Under the pieces are notes generated by a model. It did no database searches and was not told the origin of the DNA. It was given only the letters and a program-made list of their open reading frames with translations. From Octopus sinensis (lineage: Eukaryota), in NCBI RefSeq assembly GCF_006345805.1, contig NC_043000.1, positions 4,216,001 through 4,280,000 on the forward strand: 64,000 bases of DNA. Reading direction: 5' to 3'. A program made the position numbers and the translations under genes. Numbering within the stretch: position 1 is the stretch's first letter; every line of letters begins with the position of its first letter. Positions 21,680 to 34,666 of this stretch are shown here, piece by piece.

Positions 21680-23710
21680 AGCATGACAGAAGAGAAAAGA
21701 ATGATAAATACAGAGAAATGGAGAAGAAGACTAATGGGTTAAGAACAGTGAAAAAGGAGAATAGTAAAGAAAGAAAGAAAGAGAAAGGCTGAAGAACAGG
21801 ATAAAGAATTGAATAAAAAATAAAAATGAAGTAAAAAAAATAGTAAAAGATTAGATATGTTAAGATGGTGTGACAAGAAACAAGAAATGAAATGAAGGGA
21901 ATGATGGAGAATGGTCAGATGAGGGAAGAATATGGGGAGGAATATATTGAAGAATAAAGAAGGAGAAATTAAAAATATATGTTGGAGAACTAAAGGTTGA
22001 ATGAAAGTGAAAGTAGAAGAGATGAAGAATAATAAAGAGAGTGATGAAAGAAAACTGATGGTGAGATAGAGAGAAGAAATAAAAAAAGAATGATAGAAAG
22101 ATAGTGGAGAAAGAAAGGAACAATGAAGAGGTTAAGGAGAAGTGGAAAAGGAATGAAGGAGGAATATAGAAGAAAAAGAAGATTAGTGAAAAAGTGAAGG
22201 AAAATGAAGAAGAAATTAAAAAGAAATGAAATAGAATTAAATTGAAGGGATACAAATGAGGGAGGTGCAGGAAATGAAAGAGAGACAAAAGGGAAATGAA
22301 GAAGGAAAGTAAATTAATGAAAAAGGGAAGGAGAATGAAAGAGAATTAAACAGAAATGGAAGAAAAATTAAATTGAAGAGATATGAATGAAAATGATGAA
22401 AGAAATGAAGAATAAATGAAACAAGGATATAAAATAAAAAAGTGTTATAAAGAAGTGAAGAAGAATGAAGAAGATTTAAAGAAAGAGGAGTGGAAGATGA
22501 ATTAAAGATGAATGAGGGCGATGTCATTGGAGAAACTATGAAGAAAAGATAAAGAACAAATGAAGGAAAAAGAGAGGAATAATAAAGAAAAAATTGAAAG
22601 AGATATAAAGTTGATATGGAAGAGAAATGAAAATGGTATGAAGGATAGAGAAAAAGTGAATGAGAAATGATAGAAGAATGAAAGAGAAATAAAGAAGAGA
22701 TGAAAAATTAATGAAGAAGTGAAAGAAAAGGATTGAGAAATTAAAAAGATGTAAATGAGAAAGATGAAGGAAATAAAAGCAAGATGAGCATGAAAAGAAG
22801 AAAGGAAAATGAAATTGAAGCAAGATGAAGAAGAAATGAAAAAGAAATCAAGGTGAGATGAAGAAGAAAGGAAAAAGAAATCAAGGTGAGATGAAGAAGA
22901 AATGAAAAAGAAAGAAGAAATTAAGGCAAGAAGAAAGAAAGAAGAAATCAAGATGAGATGAGAAAGAAATTAAGGTGAGATGAATAAGAAATGAAGAAAG
23001 AAAGAAGAAATGAAAGTAAGATGAAAAAGAAAACAAAAGAATCGAAATGAGATGAAGAAAGAAAGAATAACTTAAAGCAAGATGAAGAAAAGAACAGAAA
23101 TGAAGTAAAAAGAAGAAATTAAGGTAAGGTGAAAAAGAAAAGAAGAAAAAAATCAACAAAGAAAAAGTGAAGAAGAAAGGAGGGAGAAAGACAAAGAAGA
23201 AAAGAAAAAATCAAGATGAGATGAAGAAAGAAAGAAGATAAGGCAAGATGAAGAAGAAAAGAAGAAATCAAGGTGAGATGAAGAAAGAAAGAAGATAAGG
23301 CAAGATGAAGAAGAAAAGAAGAAATCAAGGTGAGATGAAGAAGAAATGAAGAAAGAAAGAAAGAAAGAAGAAATTAAGGCGAGATGAAGAAGAAAAGAAA
23401 AAATCAAGATGAGATGAAGAAGAAATGAAGAAAGAAAGAAAGAAAGAAAGAAAGAAGAAAAGAAGAAATTAAGGCGAGATGAAGAAGAAAAGAAAAGAAA
23501 TTAAGGCAAGATGAAGGAGAATAGAAGAAGAAATTAAGGCAAGTTAAAAGAGGAAGGAAGAAAAAGTATTAAAAATCGACAACTAAAAGAACTGCTGCAA
23601 TAAAAGAGAGAGAAATAAAAGAGAAGGAAGGAGAGGAAAAAAGAAAGAAATGAGAAGATCAGGCAGGAATAAAACAAAGACAATAAGAAATATACTACAA
23701 GATGAAATGA
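21680..23710. repeat. ~2-kb purine-rich (A/G) low-complexity tract with a ~30-bp repeat at 22780-23540
   Basis: Recurrent gaagaaatcaaggtgagatgaagaa / aaattaaggcaagatgaagaa units. Confidence 0.85.
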
Positions 23711-24205
23711 AAACCCATTTCTTTCAAAGTCTGTGGAATCGCTCACTAGATCAATAAATGGCAATCGGCAATGGGATGTCATCATATTCAAGAGTGGTGA
23801 AGAGAAAGACGGAAAGGGGACAGTGATGTTTTGGGTTCAATCCCACCCCACCATCACACTACACCCAATCTCCTTTGTCTAATAAAATGGTAACGGCGTT
23901 CAATAAATGAATCATGTAAAAATTTCTACTAAATTAGATTGTTGTTCTAAATAGAATGGCAGACGCACACATGAAAATTGATATACATATTATACACAAG
24001 CATGCACATATATATATATATATATATATATACACATCCATATATATATATATATACATATAAATATATATATACACATATACACACATACTCACACACA
24101 TATTTTCTATTAATATTCAGTCGAAGTAACGAAGTAAATCAAGGGCCAAGATTTTCTTGTGTTAGTCCTGAGTCACTCTGTTATTTCTACCAAATATGAA
24201 TAATG

Positions 24206-24238
<33 letters not shown>

Positions 24239-25398
24239 TATAGATATAGGGTAAAAAATTATTAATTTATAATTAATAAATTTCACCAAGTAGTTTCGGT
24301 ATTGAAAGGAACCATATTCGGTAAAAACTTATACAAGAAGTTTTATATATAATTATAACAATAATTAAGGGTTTAGCAACAAGTTGCTTGTTGATAAACC
24401 CTTAATTATTGTATTTATATGTATATCTATCTATCTATCTATATCTATATATAATATATATATATATATATAAAACAGTACTGGGAGGATAAGAAACAGA
24501 AGGAAGCGACGAATCGAATGCCTTCGAAACACGCTTGAGTCTAACTAGCGACAGCTGATGATTGGGGATTTTTCCTTGTGTAGTATGTCCTGTACTTTGT
24601 TTTTCTGTTGTAAAAAAATTGTTTTTCCCGTTTTCGTTTCTCGTCCAGTTCCACGTTTCTGTTTTTCTGTTGTAAAAAAATGGCTTTTCCGTTTTCGTTT
24701 CTCGTTGAGTTCTGCGTCTAGTTGTGGTGTCCTGTACTCAGGTATATATATTTATATATGCATGTATATATACATGTAGATGTAGGTACGTACATATATG
24801 TTTGTATGTATGCATATATTTCATTTATTACACTATATATATATATATATATATATACTTATGTTTTGAGTTTTATTTTTCCTGTTCGCATCACCAAACA
24901 TGTATATGTAGGGATATACGGTATTGAGTGACTCAAGGGCCTACAGTTTCATACATGATGTGCTAATGCATAAAACTCCTGACCCTGAGCACGTTATCTG
25001 GATAGTCAATTTTTGTTTTTAACCAAATAAGCACATGCTCTATATATTTGTTCTTCATTCGTTTATTGCTGCTCATATTCTAACTCTTGTCCAGAAATCT
25101 TTCGTCACACACCTGTGACCTTGTCAGAGACACTTTCCATCTTCATGTGTGCTCTTGCTCTGCTTATTCCATTTTGTTTTTCTATAATGTGTGTCCTTAT
25201 ATACACATATGTCTATGTTTGTGTGTGCATGTGTAAATGTGTGTGTGTGTGTGTGCCATTATTCTTAGTAGCACTATGACCCACCCCTTAGACCCATCTC
25301 CTACCTTGTTGCTGCTGCTGCCTTTGAACCTGACTTTTTGTACCATTCTTGTGACTCTCTGTGTTTGTGTGTTCATCCACACTGCTGCCATCATAGTA

Positions 25399-25818
25399 GG
25401 GCGGAGTGCTGGCAGAATCATTAGCACGCAGGGCGAAATGCTTAGCGGTATTTCGTCTGCCGTTACATTCTGAGTTCAAATTCTGCTGAGGTCGACTTTG
25501 CCTTTCATCCTTTCGGGGTCGATTAAATAAGTACCAGTTACGCACTGGGGTCGATGTAATCGACTTAATCCGTTTGTCTGTCCTTGTTTGTCCCCTCTGT
25601 GTTTAGCCCCTTGTGGGTAGTACAGAAATAGGTATTTCGCCCGTCGCTACGTTCTGAGTTCAAATTCCGCCGAGGTCGACTTTGCCTTTCATCCTTTCGG
25701 GGGCGATAAATTAAGTACCAGTTGCGCACTGGGGGATCAATGTAATCGACTTAATCCCTTTGTCTGTCCTTGTTTGTCCCCTCTATGTTTAGTCCCTTGT
25801 GGGTAGTAAAGAAATAGG
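25399..25818 (+). mobile_element. Meta-domain-like SINE with duplicated 3' half
   Basis: Same dimeric structure as 8903-9315. Confidence 0.85.
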
Positions 25819-25974
25819 TAGCTGTTGTTGTTGTTGTTGTTGTTGTTGTTGCTGCCATTGATGTTAGTCATGTTGTTGATATTGTTGTGGCTGTCTGTGA
25901 AGTTAATGTATGTGTGTTTGTGTGTGTATATAGGTTTGCTTCCTATGTTGTTTGTATCCATGCACTTTGTACAG

Positions 25975-26408
25975 TCTTTTTCTCTATACTCTCTTTACTC
26001 TTTTACACTTTTACATGTGTCAGTCATTTGACTGTGGCCACGCTGGAGCATTGCCTTTAGTCGAGAAAATCGACCCCGGGACTTATTCTTTGTAAGCCCA
26101 GTACTTATTCTATCAGTCTCTTTTGCCGAATCGCTAAGTTACGGGGACGTAAACACACCAGCATCGGTTGTCAAGCTATGCTAGGGGGACAAACACAGAC
26201 ACAGAAACACACACACATATATATATATATATATACATATATACGACAGGCTTCTTTCAGTTTCCGCCTACCAAATCCACTCACAAGGCATTGGTCGGCC
26301 CGGGGCTATAGCAGAAGACACTTGCCCAAGATGCCACGCAGTGGGACTGAACCCAGAACCATGTGGTTGGTTAGCAAGCTACTTACCTCACAGCCACTCC
26401 TGCGCCCA
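25975..26408 (-). mobile_element. SINE family A
   Basis: Full-length match to the other copies. Confidence 0.88.
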
Positions 26409-26700
26409 TATGTCTCTAATTTTTTTATATGTATCAGAGTTATGTGCATATATGTCTATTGTATGAGGATTACACTGTTTGTATCAGTTTTTTTTTTTCT
26501 CCCTTCTGTCTTTGGTTGTCATGTTGTATAGTGCAGTGGTGGACGTTATTGCTCTATTTGTGTTTCCTTTTGAGGTTCGGTCTGTCTATTGCTATGTATG
26601 CAGCCTTTTATGGACTACTTCCTGCACTTCTTCACCCTAGCAAATTGACAAAATTTTTAAGGATGTTTGAGCAGTCCAAAGAGGTAATAGTTGGAAGGAA

Positions 26701-27074
26701 GGAGGTGCAATGGCCCAGTGGTTATGGCAGCGGACTCGCGGTTTCGATTCCCAGACCGGGCGTTGTGAGTGTTTATTGAGCGAAAACACCTAAAAAGCTC
26801 CACGAGGCTCTGGCGGGGGATGGTGGTGATCCCTGCTGTACTCTTTCACCACAACTTTCTCTCACTCTTACTTCCTGTTTCTGTTGTACCTGTATTTCAA
26901 AGGGCCAGCCTTGTCACTCTCTGTGTCACGCTGAATATCCCCGAGAACTACGTTAAGGGTGCACGTGTCTGTGGAGTGCTCAGCCACTTACACGTTAATT
27001 TCACGAGCAGGCTGTTCCGTTGATTCGGATCAACCGGAACCCTCGTCGTCGTAACCGACGGAGTGCTTCCATCC
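26701..27074 (+). mobile_element. CORE-like tRNA-derived SINE with a 14-bp TSD
   Basis: A box tggcccagtgg, B box gtttcgattcc; TSD atagttggaaggaa at 26687-26700 and 27075-27088. Confidence 0.9.
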
Positions 27075-27100
27075 ATAGTTGGAAGGAACAAGATCTGAAC

Positions 27101-27500
27101 TATACAGGGTGTATCAGCAATTCAAAATCCATTTTTCAATGGTTTCAATGGTGTTGGTGGCCATACGTGAGCATCCATTGTTGTGCATCAATAACACTTA
27201 TTTTGACAATAGACTTTAGTGTTTGATACAAATTTCTGGTTTCAATTTGTTGGTCAGCATGTTGCTCATCTGACCATTTTTAAACTTCTTGATTCACTCA
27301 TAAATACTTCTACAGAGTAGAGCGCTGTCCCTATATTTTACTGAAAGCTTGTGATGAATTTCAGCCCCTGAGACACCTTCAGACCAAGAAAATCAGACCG
27401 CCGATCTCTGTTTTTTCCTTGATGCACACTGTCAGCAGAGTGGCCAGGTTTACTCTGCAACACAAGAAGGAAAACTGGAACAATTAAAGTCAAACCTTAG
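27101..27500. mobile_element. Possible Tc1/mariner remnant
   Basis: Starts TA|CAGGGTGT; the rest is too degraded to confirm. Confidence 0.3.
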
Positions 27501-28379
27501 TTATATGATCACAAGTGTACCTCCTTTTAGCATGCAAGTATGGAAGGCAGTGTGGCCAATATAAAAATAGTTTAGGTGAAGGTGCAGATCTTTTACTTCC
27601 CCTAGCATATATGTGTATGTGTGTGTGTGTGTGGAGAGAGAGCAGGGTGAGAGAAAAAAAGAGAAAAAGAGAATTTTTGTGTTTCATTAAATTTCACTAT
27701 TTTGTTTTATTTTATTTCAATTAATTATTTCACAGCAACAAATCACTCAACTTTTCCCCATTAATCTTTTTAGGCAAAATTATAATTAACCAGATAAGCA
27801 GATAAGTCCAATTAGACAAATTTATAAATGATCAGATAAGTATATTCAGACAAATTCATTATCTTAAGAACTAAACATTCTTCAGCTTTTGTTATGAATC
27901 TCTTCAAAAACTGTAAACAATTAGTCAAGTTTAACTAGAAAAATTTATTGCCTTAACAAATTAAATTTTCATCCTAAATCATGTATTTTCTTTTTCTCTC
28001 AAGAACAACATTCCCTTCAATGGATGCCAACAGAGCGACAGAACCATCATTATAAAGGGAGAAATCTTGAAAATCAAGACACAAGAAAAAATAATACGAA
28101 ATTGGCAAACTGAAGACCGTTTGTTTATATTGATGTAGAAATTGGTTTAGGTGATCCACCTAGCAATCAAAGTACAGAGGCAATAGAGAGCCATCGGTCT
28201 CTAATAGCAACAAATTCATTACTTCGTATGTCTGTTGGACAACTTAATGCAGTATGAATATGAGGCAAGTACAGATACTATCCAGCTTGAACTTCCAGAA
28301 AGCTGACGGGAAATGAGTTCAAGAAGGGGTCCTATGAGATAGATAGACAGAATTAACTAAAACGAATATGGGATGGAGA

Positions 28380-28423
28380 GTCACTGAAGAGGTCACAGGA
28401 GGTGTGATGAAAGATTTCCCGAC
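28380..28423 (+). ncRNA. Degenerate hammerhead motif (paralogue at 25088-25132, minus strand)
   Basis: gtca-CTGAAGA-ggtcacaggaggtgtgat-GAAA-gatttc; the paralogue reads tgtct-CTGACAA-ggtcacaggtgtgtgac-GAAA-gatttc-tggaca. Confidence 0.45.
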
Positions 28424-28622
28424 AAAGGACATAAAATAAGAACAATAATAAATCTGAAGTGAAGAATGAATATATAGTGTGTGTGTTTATTTGGAATTAA
28501 AAAATGACCATCCCAAAATATAGCAATGTCTGTTTCATCACATGATTTCACATCAGGAATCTTACAAAACAAATAAATAAATGCACACACACACACACAC
28601 ATGTCAAGCTTCTTTCAGTTTC

Positions 28623-28856
28623 TTATTTCTTTACTGCCCACAAGGGGCTACACACAGAGGGGACAAACAAGGAAAGACAAATGGATTAAGTCGATTATAT
28701 CGACCCCAGTACGTAACTGGTACTTATTTAATTGACTCCAAAAGGATGAAAGGCAAAGTCGACCTCGGCAAAATTTGAACTCAGAATGTAGCTGCTGACG
28801 AAATACCACAAAGCATTTTGCCCAGCGTGCTAACATTTCTGCCAGCTCACCACCTT
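28623..28856 (-). mobile_element. Meta-domain-like SINE inserted into a SINE A fragment (to ~29000)
   Basis: Family match; SINE A sequence (gcttctttcagtt / ctgtc..caaatccactcacaagg) lies on both sides. Confidence 0.8.
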
Positions 28857-29479
28857 CTTTTAGTTTCTGTCATTCAAATCCACTCACAAGGCTTCGATCA
28901 GCCTTAGGCTATAGTAAAAGACACTTGCCCAAGGTTCCACACAGTGGGACTGAACCCAGAACCACGCAGTTGGCAAGCAAACTTCTTACCACACAGCCAC
29001 AAACACACACAGCCACAAACACACACACACAGACACACATTTATGCTTCCATCTCCCAAGACAGTATTCAGCTCTATACAATACACTAAATATAACTCTC
29101 CACTGCAATAGTCTCCTACAGCTTCCTCTCCTAACTCTTTCCTCCTTAAGGTGAAACTGATAGAAGAATTTAATATCTCACTATAATGAAACCTTCTTTT
29201 TCTTGTCTTTCATCTCTCTCTCTATATAACTTCCTAAACATATATCTATGCAAACTTCTAAATGAAGAAATTAATGGTCCTTATATCATCAAGACAATGG
29301 CTATTTGTACACCGGTTGAGCAATATGTTTCTCTCTTATCTTAATATACTACTATCTATTATTGCATCTCCAATTATATATATATTTTTTTTATCAGCAA
29401 TAATAATTTCTTAGTCTCTAACATTAAAATATTTAAATATATATCTTTAAATACAGTTTTAATCAGCTACAACGTTCAT

Positions 29480-30012
<533 letters not shown>

Positions 30013-30779
30013 GCCGCTACCACTTACATTTTTATCAAGATTAATTATTATGATTTTCATCATTACCAATATTAATGCTATCAGCAACATTATTACTATA
30101 AATTTTACTAATATAACTACTATCCACAATTTTGTTTATGATCAATATCTTAATTCTGATTAAAATTAACTTTAAGATCAATAATTTTCCTGTTTTTACC
30201 AGCAATAGTATTATGACTGATATAAATACCATACTATTTGTCCTGGCAAAACCATTAAACTGCATCCAGTGGTGAGACTCCAGTGGTGAGATTTGGAGTT
30301 CAGGAGGTTTGAGGGGCATGGAATTATCACTACTTCCAGGTTCACACTGGCCCTGTAGGGTAGCATCTGACAAAGGCTCCAGTTACAAGTCACATAGCAG
30401 AAGATGGTTCTGCGGCGACTGAACCATGCAAGACTTGGAAGACAGCTGGCCTTTGGTCGTGTATCAGACAGGGCCACCTGTGTACAGATATGCTGGATGT
30501 CACATGCCTATAGAGTAAGCTCAGTTTTGAGAACTTGGTATTCCAGTTGAAGAGTTTGTGAACCAGCAGAAAATAAACCTGTTGCCTTTTCCCCTTCATA
30601 AACATGAACTAGTCCACATTTAATGCAGTGGACTTATCCATATGCAATCAATGGGCAACTTTCTGAGGACTTATTAAATTGAACATATAAAAAAAGATTT
30701 TTTTGGCTTCTCTTTGAGGGAGGTCTGACTCTTACCTAGTCTTATCACTGTGTATATTTTTTATAGTGTTAGTATTTTT

Positions 30780-31092
30780 CATGGCTCAGTAGCATTGGGC
30801 TCACAGTCATGAAGTAGTAAGTTCGATCCCTGTACTGGGCTGTGTGTTGTGTTGTTGAGCAAGACACTTTATTTTTATGTTGCTGTTGAAATGAGTTGCA
30901 GCTTCACTGGTGCCATGCTGTATTGGCCTTTGCCTTTCCCTTGGGTAACATCAGTGGCATGGAGAAGGTGGAGCTGATATGCACAAGCAACTGCTGGTCT
31001 TCCATAAACAACCTTGCCTGGACTTGTGCCTCAGAGGGAAACTTTCTCAGTGCAATCCCATGGTTATTCATGGCCAAAAAGGGTCTTTACAC
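30780..31092 (+). mobile_element. CORE-like SINE (old)
   Basis: tggctcagtag...gttcgatccc...ttgagcaagacactttattt. Confidence 0.65.
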
Positions 31093-31169
31093 TTTATTTT
31101 TCACATGACCAAGTTTTGTTCTCACTACTGTTTAAGAGTCCATATAAAATTTTGGGGGTTCCATACAAG

Positions 31170-31318
31170 CAAAATAGTAAAATGAGAACCCACTGTAGTT
31201 TATTAAGGGTCCATGAAATAGTCCTGGGGTCGATTTCTTCGACTAAAGGCGGTGCTCCAGCATGGCTGCAGTCAAATGACTGAAACAAGTAAAAGAGTAA
31301 AGAGTAAAGAGTAAAGAA
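31170..31318 (+). mobile_element. SINE family A 3' part
   Basis: ggtgctccagcatggctgcagtcaaatgactgaaacaagtaaaagagtaaaga. Confidence 0.75.
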
Positions 31319-31439
31319 CTTTCATTAAAATTAATTGTTAAACAATGAATGGCTATAGGTGTCCACCAGAGTAAAATAGTAACCAAAGGAGTCCATAGGT
31401 AAAAAATAGTTGAGAAACACCAGTATAGAGGAAAGTGTC

Positions 31440-31630
31440 TTCAGTGAGCCATCTAAAACCATGAAGATCCATGACCCAGGAAAATTCTTCAAGGATATCG
31501 ACTATACTAAACCTACCCTATCCGACATTGATTTCAACCCAGAAGACATAGAAAGAGCCATAGACAAGCTCTCCATGCACTCGGCTGCGGGGCCTCACGG
31601 TTTCAATGCCATGATACTTAAAAACTAGAG
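31440..31630 (+). mobile_element. CR1/L2-group LINE internal fragment
   Basis: LSDIDFNPEDIERAIDKLSMHSAAGPHGFNAMILK resembles the pre-RT xAxGPDG motif. Confidence 0.7.
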
Positions 31631-31636
31631 CCAAGT

Positions 31637-32022
31637 TATCATCGTCATCATCGTTTAAAGTCCGTTTTCCATGCTAGCATGGGTTGGATGGTTCGACCGG
31701 GGATCTGTGAAGCCAGAAGGCTGCATCAGGCCCAGTCTGATCTGGCAGTGTTTCTACAGCTGGATGCCCTTCCTAACGCCAACCACTCCATGAGTGTAGT
31801 GGGTGCTTTTTACATGCCACTGGCACAAGTGCCAGGGGAGGCTGGCAGGCTGGCAGCAGCCATAATCAGTTGGTGCTTTTTACGTGCCACCGGCACATAA
31901 GCCAGTCAAGGCAGAGCTGGCATCGGCCACGTTCGGATGGTGCTTTTTACGTGCCACCAGTACAGGTATCACAACTACAATTTCCATTTGATATTTATTT
32001 TGATGTTGATGTACTTGACTCA
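31637..32022 (-). mobile_element. RTE-type LINE 3' tail with internal tandem units
   Basis: Family match. Confidence 0.8.
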
Positions 32023-32259
32023 TTGTTTCTCTAGTTATTCATTCACTTCTCTCTATGTAATATCTGCAAGGTTACAAATCTCAGGAGAATAAGAGACTAA
32101 CAGAACAAGCTATAAATAAACTATCAGAAAGAAATGGGAAAAATCACTTTTGTGTTTTGTTCAAGGAAATTCATGAATCTTCAGATCCATTATTGTTGAT
32201 ACCTGTAAAATAAACATGGTACATAAACGGAAAGAGAATTTTTATTATAGTTATTTTAT

Positions 32260-32562
32260 AGGCGCAGGAGTGGCTGTGTGGTACGTTGCTTGCTTACAAA
32301 CCACATGGTTCTGGGTTCATTCCCACCACATTGCATCTTGGGCAAGTGTCTTCTACTATAGCCTCGGGTTCGACCAAAGCCTTGTGAGTGGATTTGGTGG
32401 ATGGAAGCTGAAAGAGGTCCATCGTATATATGTATGTGTGTAAAAGAGGCCGATAGAATAAGTACTGGGCTTACAAAGAATAAATCCTGGGGTAGATTTG
32501 CTTGACAAAAGGCAGTGCTCCAGCATGGTCATGGTCAAATGACTGAAACAAGTGAAAGAGTA
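32260..32562 (+). mobile_element. SINE family A, internally deleted
   Basis: Head aggcgcaggagtggctgtgtgg and tail gactgaaacaagtgaaagag. Confidence 0.8.
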
Positions 32563-33009
32563 ATAGTTATTGAAAAAGTTGCAAATAGCAATAAAGGGGC
32601 TTTGAGACTAACAAAGAACCAATTGATTGTTTAACAGCACATTAAACAAATGATTGATTGGTCAGTTGGTTAGATATTTAATTAACTGACAAACAATAAC
32701 GAAGTGATGTTGAACCAGTGTGTGTGTGTTATTATTATCGGTGTAATGACCCTTCCAAGACAGAACAGAATTTTTATAATTGTTATTGTAATGTTTATAA
32801 TAGTAAATTGGCTGAATCTTTAGAGATCATTGGAACAAATTGCCTTGCAGTATTTGATCAGGATCTTCATGTTTTGAATTAAAATTCTACCATGATCTAC
32901 TTTGTTTTTCAGCCTTCCAGGCCTGATAAAGTGCCAATCATGTACTTGCGTTGACATAATAGACTATTTTCCTCCTCATCTGAATTTCTGGTTTTGCGAT
33001 TAAATTAGG

Positions 33010-33630
33010 TGTAGTCGTCATCGTCGTCGTCGTCGTCATCATCATCTTCATCTTCATCATCGCCATCACCATCATCATCATCACTGCTGCCACTACTGAA
33101 GCCACCATATCACCATTGTTGTCATCATCTTTGTCATCAATATCCTCATCCTTATCCCTGTTGCCGCTACCAAAATCACAAAAATCACAAAAAAACCACC
33201 ACCACCACCAGCCACCGCAGCATAGTTGCAACAGCAGCAGCAGTGGCAGCAGCAGCAGTGACAGCAGCAGTGGCAGCAGCAGTGACAGCAGCAGTGGCAG
33301 CAGCAGCAGTGACAGCAGCAGTGACAGCAGCAGTGGCAGCAGCAGTGACAGCAGCAGTGGCAGCAGCAGCAGTGGCAGCAGCAGCAGTGGCAGCAGTAGC
33401 AGTGAAAGCAGCAGCAGCAGTGGCAGCAGCAGTGGCAGCAGCAGTGGCAGCAGCAGCAGTGACAGCAGCAGTGGCAGCAGCAGCAGTGACAGCAGCAGCA
33501 GTGGCAGCAGCAGTGACAGCAGCAGTGGCAGCAGCAGCAGTGGCAGCAGCAGCAGTGACAGCAGTAGCAGTGAAAGCAGCAGCAGCAGTGGCAGCAGCAG
33601 TGGCAGCAGCAGTGGCAGCAGCAGTAGCTG
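33010..33630. repeat. Compound trinucleotide repeat; (AGC)n with AGT/GAC/GGC variants at 33228-33628
   Basis: Directly visible. Confidence 0.9.
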
Positions 33631-33689
33631 CACAGTCAATTGGCTGAATAATTATATATATATATATGTGTGTGTGTATGTGCGTGTGT

Positions 33690-33990
33690 GAAGAGGCATG
33701 GCTTAATGGTTAGGGTGTTGCACTTACGATTGCGAGATCGTAGGTTCAATTCCCAGACCACGCGTTGCATTGTGTTCTTGAGCAAAGCACTTCATTTCAC
33801 GTTGCTCTGCAATCATTTCAACATCTGACATGTGGCACCCACTTACACCTGTACAGGTAATGTCAATTTGATGGAGGGAGTGAGCTTATGTCTACACAAA
33901 CATTTGATCATTATAAACAAATCATCTGTGTTGTTGTTCGGTAAGAAATTTTCGAACCCTCATACATCATCTACATCGTCTAATGGCGAG
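33690..33990 (+). mobile_element. CORE-like SINE (older subfamily)
   Basis: tggcttaatggttagggtg...gttcaattccc...ttgagcaaagcacttcatttcacgttgctc. Confidence 0.75.
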
Positions 33991-34004
33991 AGAGTCCTTA
34001 GCCA

Positions 34005-34170
34005 CTACACACATTTTCTTTCTCTCCTTGTTTCTTTCTGTGTCCGTTTCTGTAGAAGAGCATAGGCTTGAAACGTAAAAGACTTTTTCTATTCCTGAGC
34101 ATTATACTAATACCTCTGTTTTGTACACCACCTGTCTTCATCTTTTGTTTTTTCGTAAACTCTCCCTGTA
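34005..34170 (+). mobile_element. Short PLE-like terminal repeat with a degenerate minimal hammerhead (34047-34080)
   Basis: ttt-CTGTAGA-agagcataggctt-GAAA-cg-TA-aaa; related to 35542-35736. Confidence 0.5.
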
Positions 34171-34222
34171 TATATATGTATATATATATATGTGTGTGTG
34201 TGTGTGTATGTATATGTATATG

Positions 34223-34610
34223 TGGAGGCGCAATGGCCCAGTGGTTAGGGCAGCGGACTCGCGGTCATAGGATCGCGGTTTCGATTCCCAGACCGGGCGT
34301 TGTGAGTGTTTATTGAGCGAAAACACCTAAAGCTCCACGAGGCTCCGGCAGGGGATGGTGGTGATCCCTGCTGTACTCTTTCACCACAACTTTCTCTCAC
34401 TCTTACTTCCTGTTTCTGTTGTACCTGTATTTCAAAGGGCCGGCCTTGTCACTCTCTGTGTCACGCTGAATATCCCCGAGAACTACGTTAAGGGTACACG
34501 TGTCTGTGGAGTGCTCAGCCACTTACACGTTAATTTCACGAGCAGGCTGTTCCGTTGATTCGGATCAACCGGAACCCTCGTCGTCGTAACCGACGGAGTG
34601 CTTCCATTCC
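34223..34610 (+). mobile_element. CORE-like tRNA-derived SINE (young)
   Basis: Nearly identical to 26701-27074; CpGs retained. Confidence 0.9.
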
Positions 34611-34623
34611 ATATGTATATATA

Positions 34624-34663
<40 letters not shown>

Positions 34664-34666
<3 letters not shown>

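Noticed and set aside
24515-24570. Type II hammerhead (GAAA..TC..CTGATGA)
   Set aside because: Stems I and II do not pair acceptably.
30245-30400. Additional old SINE-like repeat
   Set aside because: Resemblance from memory only; single degraded copy in the window.
34223-34300. tRNA genes
   Set aside because: The A/B boxes belong to SINE heads followed by SINE bodies; no complete cloverleaf or terminator.
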